Source: Balanoglossus misakiensis (taxonomy: Eukaryota; Animalia; Hemichordata). From it: 64,000 bases of DNA. Below are positions 1-12,152 of the stretch, piece by piece (the first letter of the stretch is position 1; the number at the start of each line of letters is the position of its first letter). The position numbers were made by a program, and so were the translations under genes. The notes beneath the pieces were generated by a model, which saw only the letters and a program-made list of their open reading frames with translations, was not told the DNA's origin and made no database searches. Where the stretch lies: positions 1,263,690 through 1,327,689 of the forward strand of contig CM082595.2 of assembly GCA_040954595.2 (NCBI GenBank). Reading direction: 5' to 3'.

Positions 1-1143
1 AGTTTTTTTTAATAGATTGATCTGATTGTAGAACATTTCAAATGATTAGTAAAGCAGGATAAAATAATGAACTTGACGACATGTTGTTTTTGCCCTATGC
101 CATATCAAGCAGGTAAGATATTCATCTGACAAACGCCTTATTTATATAAAAACCATTATATCTATGCAACTTTTATATGAAAAAATGTTGACATATTTAT
201 TAACATGCATCTTTTACTGTAGTAAGCTATTTTAGATATTGGTCGGTTTCAAATAGGAATTAAGTCAAACTGTCATGATGTTGATGTAGACCCATGTTGC
301 TATGGTGACTTGAAATGTGTAATTTGTGAATTTTTAATCCATTTTAGGTCATATTTCAGTTTAGTCAAAATTACCCCTGTGTATTTTGTTATATTATTTT
401 ATTTTCTGTCATGAATTTCGTTATTTATGTCATTTGACACACAAGAGTTCAAGTCATGACCTTTTATTATTAACTGTTTGATGTGACATGGAGTGTGATG
501 CTGAATTTACAGTGAATGAAACAATCTTTATAAACATAATTCAGGCTGTACATTAAGAACACAGTACTAAATTAACATTGACTTTATCATACAGACTACA
601 AACACACATTTCATATTTTACCTGTGAAACATTCCCCTGATGTCATGTATGTAAATCAAAGAACATCACTTTTCCCTAAACAAACTTTCAGTATGATTTT
701 ATTGTGATAAGAAATAAAATGGTCATGAAAGTGTGTTTTCTTGCCAGTGGTTTATTAATTAATGATACAAACAGACTGAAGGTAAGTCTGAAAATTTATT
801 CATACCCAATATTCAACTAAACCAGTTGCTCAGTCTCTTAATTTCTACAAGTGAAATCTTTTCTGTATTTAACACCGATTTTTTGTCACTCATGTTCAAA
901 TAGTGGTAAATTTGAATTGGTGATATTGCCCTCAAATATTATTACTGACCTGTATTTTTTCATAAACAGTGTATTCAAAATATAGTCATGAAAAATGATA
1001 TGCAGTTCTACATGCCATTACATGTTAAATTGTTTCCAGCAAAATTAAGATGATGCTGGTCATAATGTCGACAATATTAAACACCTTCCAAAAATATTCT
1101 CTGTAAATGATGAGTTCTTGCTTTTGCACACTTGACCACTGTT

Positions 1144-3459
1144 TCAGAGTGCGAAATCCAAGTACGACAAATGTCTTATTGCCTTGTATTGATTTGGAAT
1201 GTCCATCAATGTGTGCACGGCTAATGTTGTTTCTGGTTTCTCAGCATGTGACATGACGGCGTGGAAATTCACAAAGTGGAAGTTTTCAAATTTCCTGCGG
1301 GGAAGATCTTCAATGAAGCTGCCGACCATATCCCATGGTCCATCACCAACACCAACCACAATGATTGACAGGGGATATTTAGAAGCTTCTTTAATGGCAG
1401 ACTTGGTTGCCCTCTCAGACGTCACATGACCATCGGCTATTATGACGAGTATGTGATACTGTGAAATGAAAAGATAAAAAGAATTACATGTATGGAATGG
1501 TATGTGATTTTTATGAAAACAAGATTGTGAACACCCTATTTCTTTTTTCATTTTCAAAAAGACTTCTTAGAACTCTGTGAAATATGTTTGTAAGATGCAA
1601 ATGTACTACTGTAAAGGGATGCATTTATAGGAAAACACTTACTGCTTTGGTTGTTTTGACGATATCAATGGCTTGTTTAATGATTGGAGCATAGTTTGTT
1701 GGTCCACTGAGTCTAACTGATGCTGTAACTTCTTTGTACGTCTGCAGAACATCCTGGAACCCAAAGCATGAGGCGTTCACTTTGAAAGGAAACACTCTCT
1801 TATCCCGAGTGGAACTATCACCAAAACCGAAGACTGGAATCAATCCATCTTCATCAAATGGAGCCAAGGTTTCACCTAGGATAGAAATAACCTAAAAGAA
1901 ACAGACAATGTTATAGGTTGTCTATTTTTGTAAGTCATCATTTGTTGCTAGCAATTTCTACTGGTTCTATAATCATTCAATTCTTTGCTATATTAAAGTG
2001 TGTGAGGAGTCCTTTTAAAAATAGCTTCATTAAATTTTATACAAAAGCTAACTGTTTGTGCACGTATGACCTGGTCAAGGCTCTGAAACACTGCAGGTAG
2101 AAACACCTATTTTTAACCACTGTGGCAATGACCAGATATTGAACTCGCTCTGTTTACATCGCTTTCAAGAGATCCAAACTGAAAGTTCAGATTTCTCATT
2201 TCTCCATTGGAATGTCACAATTGGTTCCAATGGACAAACAAAGGTGACATCACCCAAAACACCTGATGTGAACATACCTGTTGGTAAGGGTTGAGCTGAT
2301 CAGTATCTATAGCATGCAGACATCGACCACCAAAACTGCTTTCTCCCTGCCACTCGTTGCTGGTTGTGTAATCAATACCTGAACAAACAATGTGAAGTTA
2401 TTGTGTTAAAAACAATAATGACTTTTGATTGCAATGTAAGGCATCTCCCTCCCTCCCCCACCCTCTCCCTCCCGTCCCCTCTCTGTCCGAACCCGCAGCT
2501 TATCTTTAAAATTCTCACTTCTTGCGATTTTCATAATTCATATACGTTGCAAATGTATTACTATTCAAGTCATATTCAATGGAAAGTGGTTTCATTTTCG
2601 TTTGTACACCAGTATCAGAGCATGTACGTGTACTTTTTATCATAATATAGCAGCTATATAAATTTATGCGAATCTAATATACATACAGACAAATGGAATG
2701 TACGTTATATAATCATTAAAACGTTTCCAATGGATCATGTCCAATTGAATTTTGAATATTCCCATGCCTCACATATTTCCACCCCTATGATTTACGAATT
2801 TGGGTTATTGTTTCGACTAGCCTTCCCAGATGTTGTGTATCATGTCATGAAAAGTTTAAAAAGGCCTTGGCAAGATGAATGATTTCAATTACCACAATTG
2901 TTTTGTCTATAAATAGACGTCTGAACACTGGTAGCCAGTCTGATACGGGTAAGAGTCGTTAGAATATTAATGTAATTCAAACAAGTAACTGGCTGCTAAC
3001 GATTTCATTCACGGACAGTATTCCCCCCCCCCCCCTTATCACCGTGTGTGTCACTGTGTATATGCGTTAAAATTGATAACTCACTTCATATTTGAGATGA
3101 AATTAAAACATGCTGGTTGCGTGAAAGGAACCGTAGGCAACAGGTGTCCACTTACCGAATATTAGGTTTGCTGATTCCAATCCTGCTTTGTGTAAAGCTC
3201 TGCTAACATCTGCCAGTGTGGAAAACTGATCCAGATTCATTCCTTGGAAAGTGATGTCATGTGACCCGGCTACATGCCCGGGATATAAACTGGTATATGA
3301 CGGTGGGGCGTCACCCTCGAAACCAGAAAATGACGCTCCCGCTCGTTCTTGTTGAGCCATTTGCCACTGTTCGTCTCTTCGAGCCGTTTCTCGACATAAA
3401 TTGCAGATGAGATACGCACCTATTGCTATAATGATTATTCCTAATAGTTCCGCTGCCAT
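1144..3459 (-). CDS. Copine/RGLG-type vWA-domain protein with N-terminal TM segment (4 coding exons: 3459-3156, 2378-2278, 1891-1643, 1458-1144)
   Basis: Spliced translation gives [107 protein letters not shown], the copine/RGLG vWA signature. All three introns are GT-AG with matching phases. Confidence 0.9.
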
Positions 3460-5221
3460 TATACTACTGTTCAAATTTTGCACCTGGTGTTGGACCTTTA
3501 AACACTGCGACACGTCTCGTCCTTAAGATAGTTGTCTCTCTGTTGGCAGTTCGACTATCGTATCATATGAAAGCTTAAACAACCACGGCTCAATTGTTAT
3601 CTGGAATTAAATAGACAAAAAATGCCAAACCCAGTGCGGTGAATCCTGCTTCCAACACCAAAACAGTGCAGCAAACGTTCTTGTAGATTCTCGATGTACG
3701 ATATAACACCTGTGTTGTGCGAAATGATCTGTTTTGAGTCGACCACGCAGACAAGGTATAATAGAAATTCAAATCGGGGCCGTGGCTTATATATTCATTC
3801 AGTGACGTCATGGACTCTAAAAATAATTGTGAAAATTGTAAACATACGCGAATAAAAGCCTGGTACCTATTTGCATTTTATGAAACCAGATAGATCTAGA
3901 AGGCCTGCCTGCGTGATCTTTCGCACGAAATTAACCCAATGAACTTTAATTCGTTACCTAAAACATAATTGTGCAATTAAGCAAACTGTTGTGTAAAGAA
4001 GTGGTCCTGTATGACTAAGGGATATTGTCTACTACTATATATAACAATATGTACTAGTATTTTGTGGAGAGGACCCGAACTGAATCCTACTGAATTGACC
4101 AGGAAGGCGTTGTTAAAATAAAATACAAAGCGGCTTATTTATAGCCGCTCATATATTTGGATTGTCGCATTTGCTTTTGCTTTCGGTGTTTTGGATTCGT
4201 TTGGAAATTAATTAAAATTGGGCTTATATAAGCATGGAGTTACCTAAGCTAACCATTGCACCGGTTGGCCTAAAACATGAGTGTAGTGGAAATAAATTCA
4301 ATATTTTATTCAGAGATAATGGTTTTCCTTTGATATTGGTTTTTCTTTATCCGACATAGGTCCTACCACCACGATGAGACATGTATAGGGGTAACCCCGG
4401 AATTGTGAACTTTTGAAAACACACGTACGAACGCTTTTTGAGAAAAACAAATCAAATTTCTCCATTATTAAAAAAGGGACAAGCGTATGATTCAAGTCCA
4501 GGCCTAACCAGTCATACAATCAGTAACAAGCAAGAAAACGTTGATAACTTAGTTTTCCCTGCTCGACTGTTGTTGCATGAGAATCCACTTCGTCCTTGGG
4601 TCATGGACATGACCAAATGTTTCATATTTTGTTATATTCGCCTTAGATTTCGTTTCATTTGCGAGTTAGGCGCACATGTCACAGTGATGAAAATGATTTA
4701 TTTTGGGAGAGGTTGAATTGTACTACGCCACTAACAGTAACCGAAACGTGGCGAGTTTATTACATCACGTCGTTTTAAGACGGGGTAACAACCGGGGGTA
4801 GCAAGCATGATAATCGGTGTGGGTTTGTCGGAGACTTATACGTCAAAAAATCAGCTTAAATGTGACGATCCCTTTCGACTTTTTGAGTAAAGATTTTATG
4901 CAATTGCACGTATATACGGGTACGCGTGCGTGCGCACATTACTGACGACCCCTTAGGTATGTTGTGAATCGAGCTGCAGCTGGACTGTGCAAACCGAAGC
5001 TCTCTGCTGTGCCAAGGAATTTTAGTCTGTGCAGTAACCAAACGGATATGGGGTAAGTTCATGTACTTTATTAAGTAATGAACATTAAGTCTTAAGTTAA
5101 TGCACCCCAAAGCTTACTTCCTATATACCAGACACAAGGGGATAAAATAAAAAGACTCCCTCTGCCCCAACCAGCATGAAGCTCGATAATAATGACCGTC
5201 CTAAGTAGGCCACTAATCAAA

Positions 5222-6554
5222 ATGGCGTCGTCGGGGAAGAAATACGATGTTGCGAAGATAAACAAAGCGTTATGCCGTTATGCTGATCGCGTTGTCCATC
5301 CAAATGAGAAGAAAACAAAGCGGGCACAGGCCTTTATCATAAATCGGGTCGTCAATCCGCTTTTAGAGACAATTGGAGACTTGGACGACCGATTCCGCAG
5401 CCAGAAAGTGGATCCTGCTGGTTGCTATGTTGGGTTGATGAAGACTGGTGGCTGGGACTTCGATGTGTTGGTTTGTTTAGACAATTTATTGACTTGTAAA
5501 GTAGTCGGTGATTATCCGAACAAAGACGCCGCTATGTTTATTGATAGTCAGAGTTGCGATAACCCGTATCTGACTGAAGTACCCGGTTTTGGCTACGTTG
5601 CTACCGACCCCAACTTGACGTACATTCATGGACTGTACAGTCAAGACAACGTGCCCGTCGATTCGACGCAGTACTTCCCGTGTGAGAGATACCTGTCTCC
5701 ACAGAAAGTCTTGAAGCAGTATTGCTACCTTGCTGAAAAAGCGGTCGAATCTCTGGAAGGAGAATGCTTCTGGGAAAAAATACCAACTGTGTATGGAATC
5801 GAAGTGGATATTTATGGTAAGATAATCTCTCGTTTACAATTTTGTACGGTGGCCTCTAATTTCATTCTCAATTTTAAGAGAGAATTGTATGTTGGATTAA
5901 TGTCAATATTATTTCTTGATAGGTCCAACAGTGCAGCTGACAATTCTGATGGAGGGACAGACTTTCAACGTTCATCTTGTTCCATCACTCAAATTTGATG
6001 AGTTTCCTGACAGTGCCAAGGCATGGGGCAGACGCAATGAACGCAACGATTGGCTGTCCAAGCAGAAAGTCGACCGCATCAAAGAAAGCTTCTATGTTTT
6101 CCCCAACAAAGCACCAGAAGATACTGATCCCACAAGATTATGGTGTTGCTTCTATTTGGCGAAAGAAGTGGAAATCGCCAAAACGGCCGACAGGGGTCAA
6201 CCAGATGGCTGCAGGGTTCTTGTCGAGCAAATCTTCTCGACGCTGTGTGAAGAGAATGCAGAAGAATTTCATCCAATCAATCGTCGAATTATCAGAACTG
6301 TATTCTTGCAGCAATGTCTTCAGTTTCCTCATGCGTACACATGGAGCATTGAGAAGATAGCGTATGCATTCATTGATATGTTTGAAGCAATCCTAGATTG
6401 TCTGGCCTTCGCTTCTTGCCCTCATTTCTTTCTCCCAGAGACCAATTTGCTGTCTGCGTACAAACCCAAAGAGTTAAGACAAATTGCACAACATTTGCAA
6501 GCTATCTTACATGATATTGTTTCTAGACCAATGAAAACAGAGTTTCTAGTTTGA
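5222..6554 (+). CDS. Mab-21/cGAS-like receptor (cGLR) family nucleotidyltransferase-fold protein (exons 5222-5816, 5923-6554; alternative ATG at 5192)
   Basis: Two overlapping ORFs joined by a GTAAG..TAG intron (5817-5922, phase 1). Motifs: N-terminal helix ..LLETIGDLDDRF, DFDVLV, GPTVQLTI..VHLVPSL, GCR, CLAFASCPHFFLPETNLL, all typical of Mab-21 domain proteins. Confidence 0.85.
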
Positions 6555-9500
6555 TAAGCAGAATACTAAATGGCAAGGCAATAGCCCGTAGCTATTGCCT
6601 TGGTGTACTCAGACAGAAAATGAAGTAAATTTGAGAAAATGTGTATTTACCGGTAATATCAATTTTTTACTGCAGCTGAAAGAGATCTGTATATAATATG
6701 AGTAACTCCCACTCACAGATGTTGTAGTAATATAAGTTATGTCATTTTCATTAATTAAAAAAAATAACTAGACATTTTATTCAGACTTCTTTATGGTCAA
6801 AATGTTACATCCATATTTGACATTCTTGTAGAGCAAAGTTTGTAAATGTAACTTTTTCAGTGGTAATTTAAACTTTTTATGGTAACTGGGTAAGCTTTCT
6901 GTGCAATTTAGATAATTTCTTCAAAGTTTTATTTTGTAGAACAAGCTTCAGTATATAATATAAAAGAGAGATTTATTATTAGTAGTATACAGTTGTAAAA
7001 AATAAAGTTTATTTTCATGAAGAAATCCAAGTTGTGTGATTTCTGTCATTTAGATTGTTGTGCTGTTCATATTAAATGCTAAAACAAGATATTTTCGTGA
7101 GAAATTAGTCTTTTCCCGACACTTGAAGATTTTTTACTATAAGACAGGTTTAGATTTTGCCCGAGAAGAGTTTCTTCACTGTTTCCTTGTATTGATGGGA
7201 TCGAAACAGCTCAGGGATTTTTGTCATGTGGACGTTTTGTTTTTAATTCTGCCTTGTGGTGGCGCTGTGCACAGTCCTTTGGTGGGTGTTCAAGGTGTTT
7301 TAATATTGATTTATTCTCATTGGTCATTAGACGACTTTCTTACTTTGTCAGTCTCCAATTGTGAAGGATCTTGTAATGTTACGTCTGTGATTCTTGCAGC
7401 GTCTATCTCTTTGTATTTTAATGACTGTCTGGTCCGATCCAGGGCTGAACTAGTCCTGGACAGTTAATGGCCATGGTAAGTCGAAAGTTGTTGCGTTTGA
7501 ATCAAATTAGACGAAAGTTATTTGCAGTATAGCTGTGTGTATATTCTTAATGAAATCAAAACAACTTGTCTTCAACTTGGACGACTACAAACTCCAGTCA
7601 GTAAAAAGAACAATATCCCATTTTAATTCTAACCTGGTTGTCGATCAACGAAAACTTTATTTACTTTTTATGTCTTCGATTGTGACTATAACAACTTAAA
7701 TAACGAGTCGTGCAGATGTGGCACTTAAATACTTACGTCTTTATGATACAGATTAATTTCTGTGGCAAACAGCTGTCGTAGATATAAATTCTGTATTGCG
7801 TATTACATAGATCCGGTGTTAAAACTCCTAACATCTGTGCTTCCATGCAAACCCCAGTTATCTTGTCTGTCAGACGGAAATCCATGAATAATCACTTTTG
7901 GCCCGATCGCCAACCTTACTGGTTAACTTTACTGATAGTCATACGCCTAAGTAGTCCGTTCATTATTTGTTTTACGTTATGTTAGGTAGTCGTCTGGATT
8001 TCCTCTGAAATGTCACGTGTGTGGTATCCGTGGTCGAGAGGGGAGGTCTGAACTTTCTGTATTTTAGTGACATTAGTCGCCATGCCTTGCAGCCATTTGT
8101 GAGAACGTATCGTGTTATCATTGTAGACACAGTTACAATTTGACCCTTTCGCTGGACTATAGTATACCATTTAATTTTGAAGGTGTGTTGAGCTTTTCAT
8201 TTGCTTCACTTTAAAAGCGGCTTTCACCCTGTGACCCCTCGCGGTGGGGAAGGTGAGTTATTTATGGTCTAGAATAATAGTGTGTTTGTATTCATGTCTG
8301 TGTGAGCGATGTGTTATCTACAATGGATCCAACAGTTCAAAATCCAGATAGCTATAGCATGAAAAATCACCCAGTGGTTTTTATGTCAAGTTGACTGAAA
8401 ATTTCCAATCTATACTTCCCCAGTTAAGTTGCAACCCATTGTCTTTTAAGTTGTAATTACTAACATACGGGTATTTTGTTGAGAATGGACGTAATGTCAC
8501 CCTGGGCCATTTATCTTCAGATAATTTGTTTGGCTTTTTTGTCCTTTTGACTCTTGACATATCCTGGGTAGTTTAGTTCAACAATCCTGCACATTTTGGC
8601 AGAACTTTTCTCTTCTTTTATCCGCCATAGATTCATATAAAAATCCCATATTTGGACCAAAAATGCTTGAATGCCCGGATGCCGTAACCAACTGGCATCC
8701 GGAAAATGTGACGTCACGCGTTTGACGCTCCCTGCAAACTTGAACTTTGCATGGTCGCAACCTTTCCGGTAATATGAACATGTGTAACTTGTAAAAGATT
8801 GAGGTCCATATATGGAACAGGCCAATCGTCATCCGCAATTGAAGTGAAAATTGTCCAAACGAGAACATTGTGAAAACTATGGAACATGCCAACAATTACA
8901 TGTTCATTGATAGCCATAACTTTTATCAAGATCTATCGTCAATGGTTTCCACAAATTTAGCTCATCTTGGTCGTCGCGTATTTGCTTCACGTTGTCCCAT
9001 ATTAATAGCGTAAAAGTGTAATTCTATCTAACAATATCTGACCCGAGTAATTCAAGTCAGACGGGTAAATGATATAAATTTCCAGTGAGTCATTATGTCA
9101 ATAAGAGTCATCTAAACCCCTGGAATTATTTCAAAATGTCCACGTGCATTGTATGATATTCACCAATTAACAGCCATTTTGAATTAGTGACTTGTAATAT
9201 TCCAAACGGCGCCAATTTGGTAAATACGTCACTTGTTTTATATCAGTCAACGGATCATCGTGTATATATTTACACATGATATAACCTGTAGCAGACGGAC
9301 CAAAGTCTCTCGACCTTACATAGTGGAATCTCTGTTTGCCATCGAATACATCTTGCGAACAGTCCGCCTGTAAGGCACTGAATTACAGTTTATTTTGTCA
9401 AACTTGAACATTTACCTAGCCAGTCTCGAAAATACACTGTTCAAAAGAAATGATCGTTTAAAGATTGGTTGGAATGGATTACTGATTTTAAGCGTTTACT

Positions 9501-12152
9501 TCAACTTTTTGTTTATTGAGGTTTCAACCCGTGCCCTTCTTTTTCATAGCTTTAAGGTCAAATTTCAGTGTTTCTATGGCAACGATCCACCTTTCAATAC
9601 CTGTTGTGCGTGCGTGCTATAGAACCATGACCCTGTTCATCCAGGCGTTACTGTCGTAAAGGGACGCGAAATCAAAAATGAAGTTGCAAATTATGATCAA
9701 AAAACGATAAGGGGTGGCCTTAGATAAACTCAGTCACCGCTATGATGACAAACATTTGTACACACCCATTTCAAGTCAGATCAGTTAGTAATTACGTCAT
9801 TATTTAAGTATATTTATTGACTGGTTTGGTATCAGGTCGAAGGCTGGTATACGGTCAACAAGCCTTGGGTTTCGCTTCTGTGTTAAAGGTTATATATCGT
9901 CTCACAGCTTGCCCAATTCAGTTGACTCACCCAGTGGTGTACAGTAACTTTTCCCTGGAATTTATACTCTGTGTGTAACTTAAAGGTGGTGAAATGTGTA
10001 TCAGCTTTATCTAAAAGCAACACGTTTTCTACTGGCGCAAGTGGCTGTTGATTGATGTTTCTATAGAACACGAAGGACTAACTTGTAATCATTCAATGTT
10101 GGCAAACAGACGCGAGGACTGGGCATTGAGCACGTACTGTTAACGGTTGAACATTGAACGGTAAGAAACAAATCGATGCAAAGTACTGTAGGTTAAAATG
10201 TTTTTGTTTTGTATCGTGAACGTCTTTGTTCTGATGAGCAATGACCTGAGTTGGAAGACAAAATATTTTTGGACATCTGTTAAGTGTCGGATAACTTCGG
10301 CCAGGCGTGGTATGTGACCGCACACCACATTACATCTCAGACAAGAGATTAAAATAGACTCGAGGCTTGTCAGTCTAACACCATGAATTAAGATTTTTAT
10401 TGTCAAGTAAAATTGCTGAAGAAATATGAGCGTTGATTTTAAGAGATCTTGGCAAATATCGTTAACGAGTCACATTCACCAAAAGTCGCGTTTTGCTACG
10501 CATGCTTTGAACGCGCATGGTATTGAAGAATTGTTGTCTTCATAACTGGTGATGGCAAGTCCGTCTGATTGATTTTTTTATTTCACAAAGTCCATAATTC
10601 ATGTCTTTACAGACAAACAAACGTTTTACATGTGTTGACAAGCTGTTGATTTCTAAACATTGCATCCGACATACCGCATCGGTCTTCCCCCTGTCATCGA
10701 TACATCAGATAAATTGGGAGAATGCGGTCTGCATGTCAAGGCTGCCTATCTACCCAAAATTTGATCGTAAATTTATCACGGGGGCAAAAAGAAGGTTACA
10801 AATGGTTCCATTGTTATGAGTTGACAATAACATAAACACAGCTGTGAGTCGCTGCCATGCTTTCATGGGCGATCCTTCACAACTGGACCGTCATTCTTTC
10901 AAGAAAAATTCTATAGCCTTCAGGCAAGACAAATGATTGTTTTCGTTGGACTTGTTCGTCGTATGGGGGTGGGGTGGGCTTGACCTATCCACAAGTTTAA
11001 AGCCGTATGGCAGCACCTTGTAAGGTTCATGTCGCCATGCCAACCAGTCTTCAAGTAACTGTATGAGGTGTCAAATAATTATGACGTTTTATTTAAGCTC
11101 AGTCGTCTCAGATGACACAGCGAATGTTGTCGACAACATCACCAAGACGTATAATCTGAAATGTGCTATCAAATTTGTCCATCGATGCACGTCTGACATT
11201 TAAAAAAAAAGTCGATTGATGATGCTTGTGTGAATTCAGTCATAATTCATACAAACCACAGCTTCGCGGCCGATCTTCATTGCATAACGTCACACATTGA
11301 TGGCATATATGCACGAACAATGAGAAGATTATTTGGTAATTTATCGCAATTCTAACAATACCATGTGTTTAAATATCACGCCTTGTGCCTTTCATGCCAT
11401 ACAAGCACATATCAAGTTTCGCCGTTTCTCGATCTCCGTGACTGAAATATAATCGCGTATATTTGGTAATATAAGCGTCACCGTTTCTTACAAAGTGTAC
11501 ATTTTGAAGTATTTTCTATAGGAACATGTCCACGTGATCTGTTAGCACCGCCAGTACGCCAATTCGGGACTTTGAAATCGGTCGTTTTTCCAGTTGACCT
11601 GATCATGTCTGACGCATCTTGTTTAAACTGTTTTATGACGTGAAACGAATGAAATAAGACGCCTAGCCTAATAAATATCATATCTCCTGATACATCGTGT
11701 CGTGTGATCATTGTCTGTTTAACACCACTTCCGGTGCGCATCATGTCACACTACAAGTAGCCCAGAAGGCGAGAAGACGGCATACGTACGGGTAAATATT
11801 TATAGTCGCCCCAAATAAATTGCCGATCGTAATAATATTTGATGTTTTAGGTGCGGGTTACACGTGCTGGAATGTTTGAAGAAACAAACGAGTGTGGTAT
11901 ATGATGTAGGTTACAATTAAATTCAAATTAAAGTAATGATTCATGTACTTTGCTTGTGTCTTCCAGGGTGTGTATTACTGCGTTCTCTGCAGGAATCTGC
12001 TACCGTTGGAGTTTTCCACTGCGAAGACGTTTTAAGAGAGGTTCAGAAGAATGCGTGGTACAACATGGCTGTACGTCAGTGACTTCTCCACGTGCGTTTT
12101 GGAAATCAAAGTTTGGACTTGTACAAGCTGAATACAGCGACAGCAGACGAAG

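Noticed and set aside
4129-4149. 7-bp hairpin agcggct..agccgct (similar one near 28868)
   Set aside because: Short enough to occur by chance.
5817-5998. Apparent frameshift between the two overlapping cGLR ORFs
   Set aside because: Fully explained by a canonical 106-nt GT-AG intron, so not a pseudogene or programmed frameshift.
7060-7467. 135-aa + strand ORF
   Set aside because: Non-ATG start, no recognisable motif, low-information hydrophobic composition.
8517-8929. Three overlapping minus-strand ORFs
   Set aside because: No protein motif. Possibly a repeat remnant, but I could not define termini.
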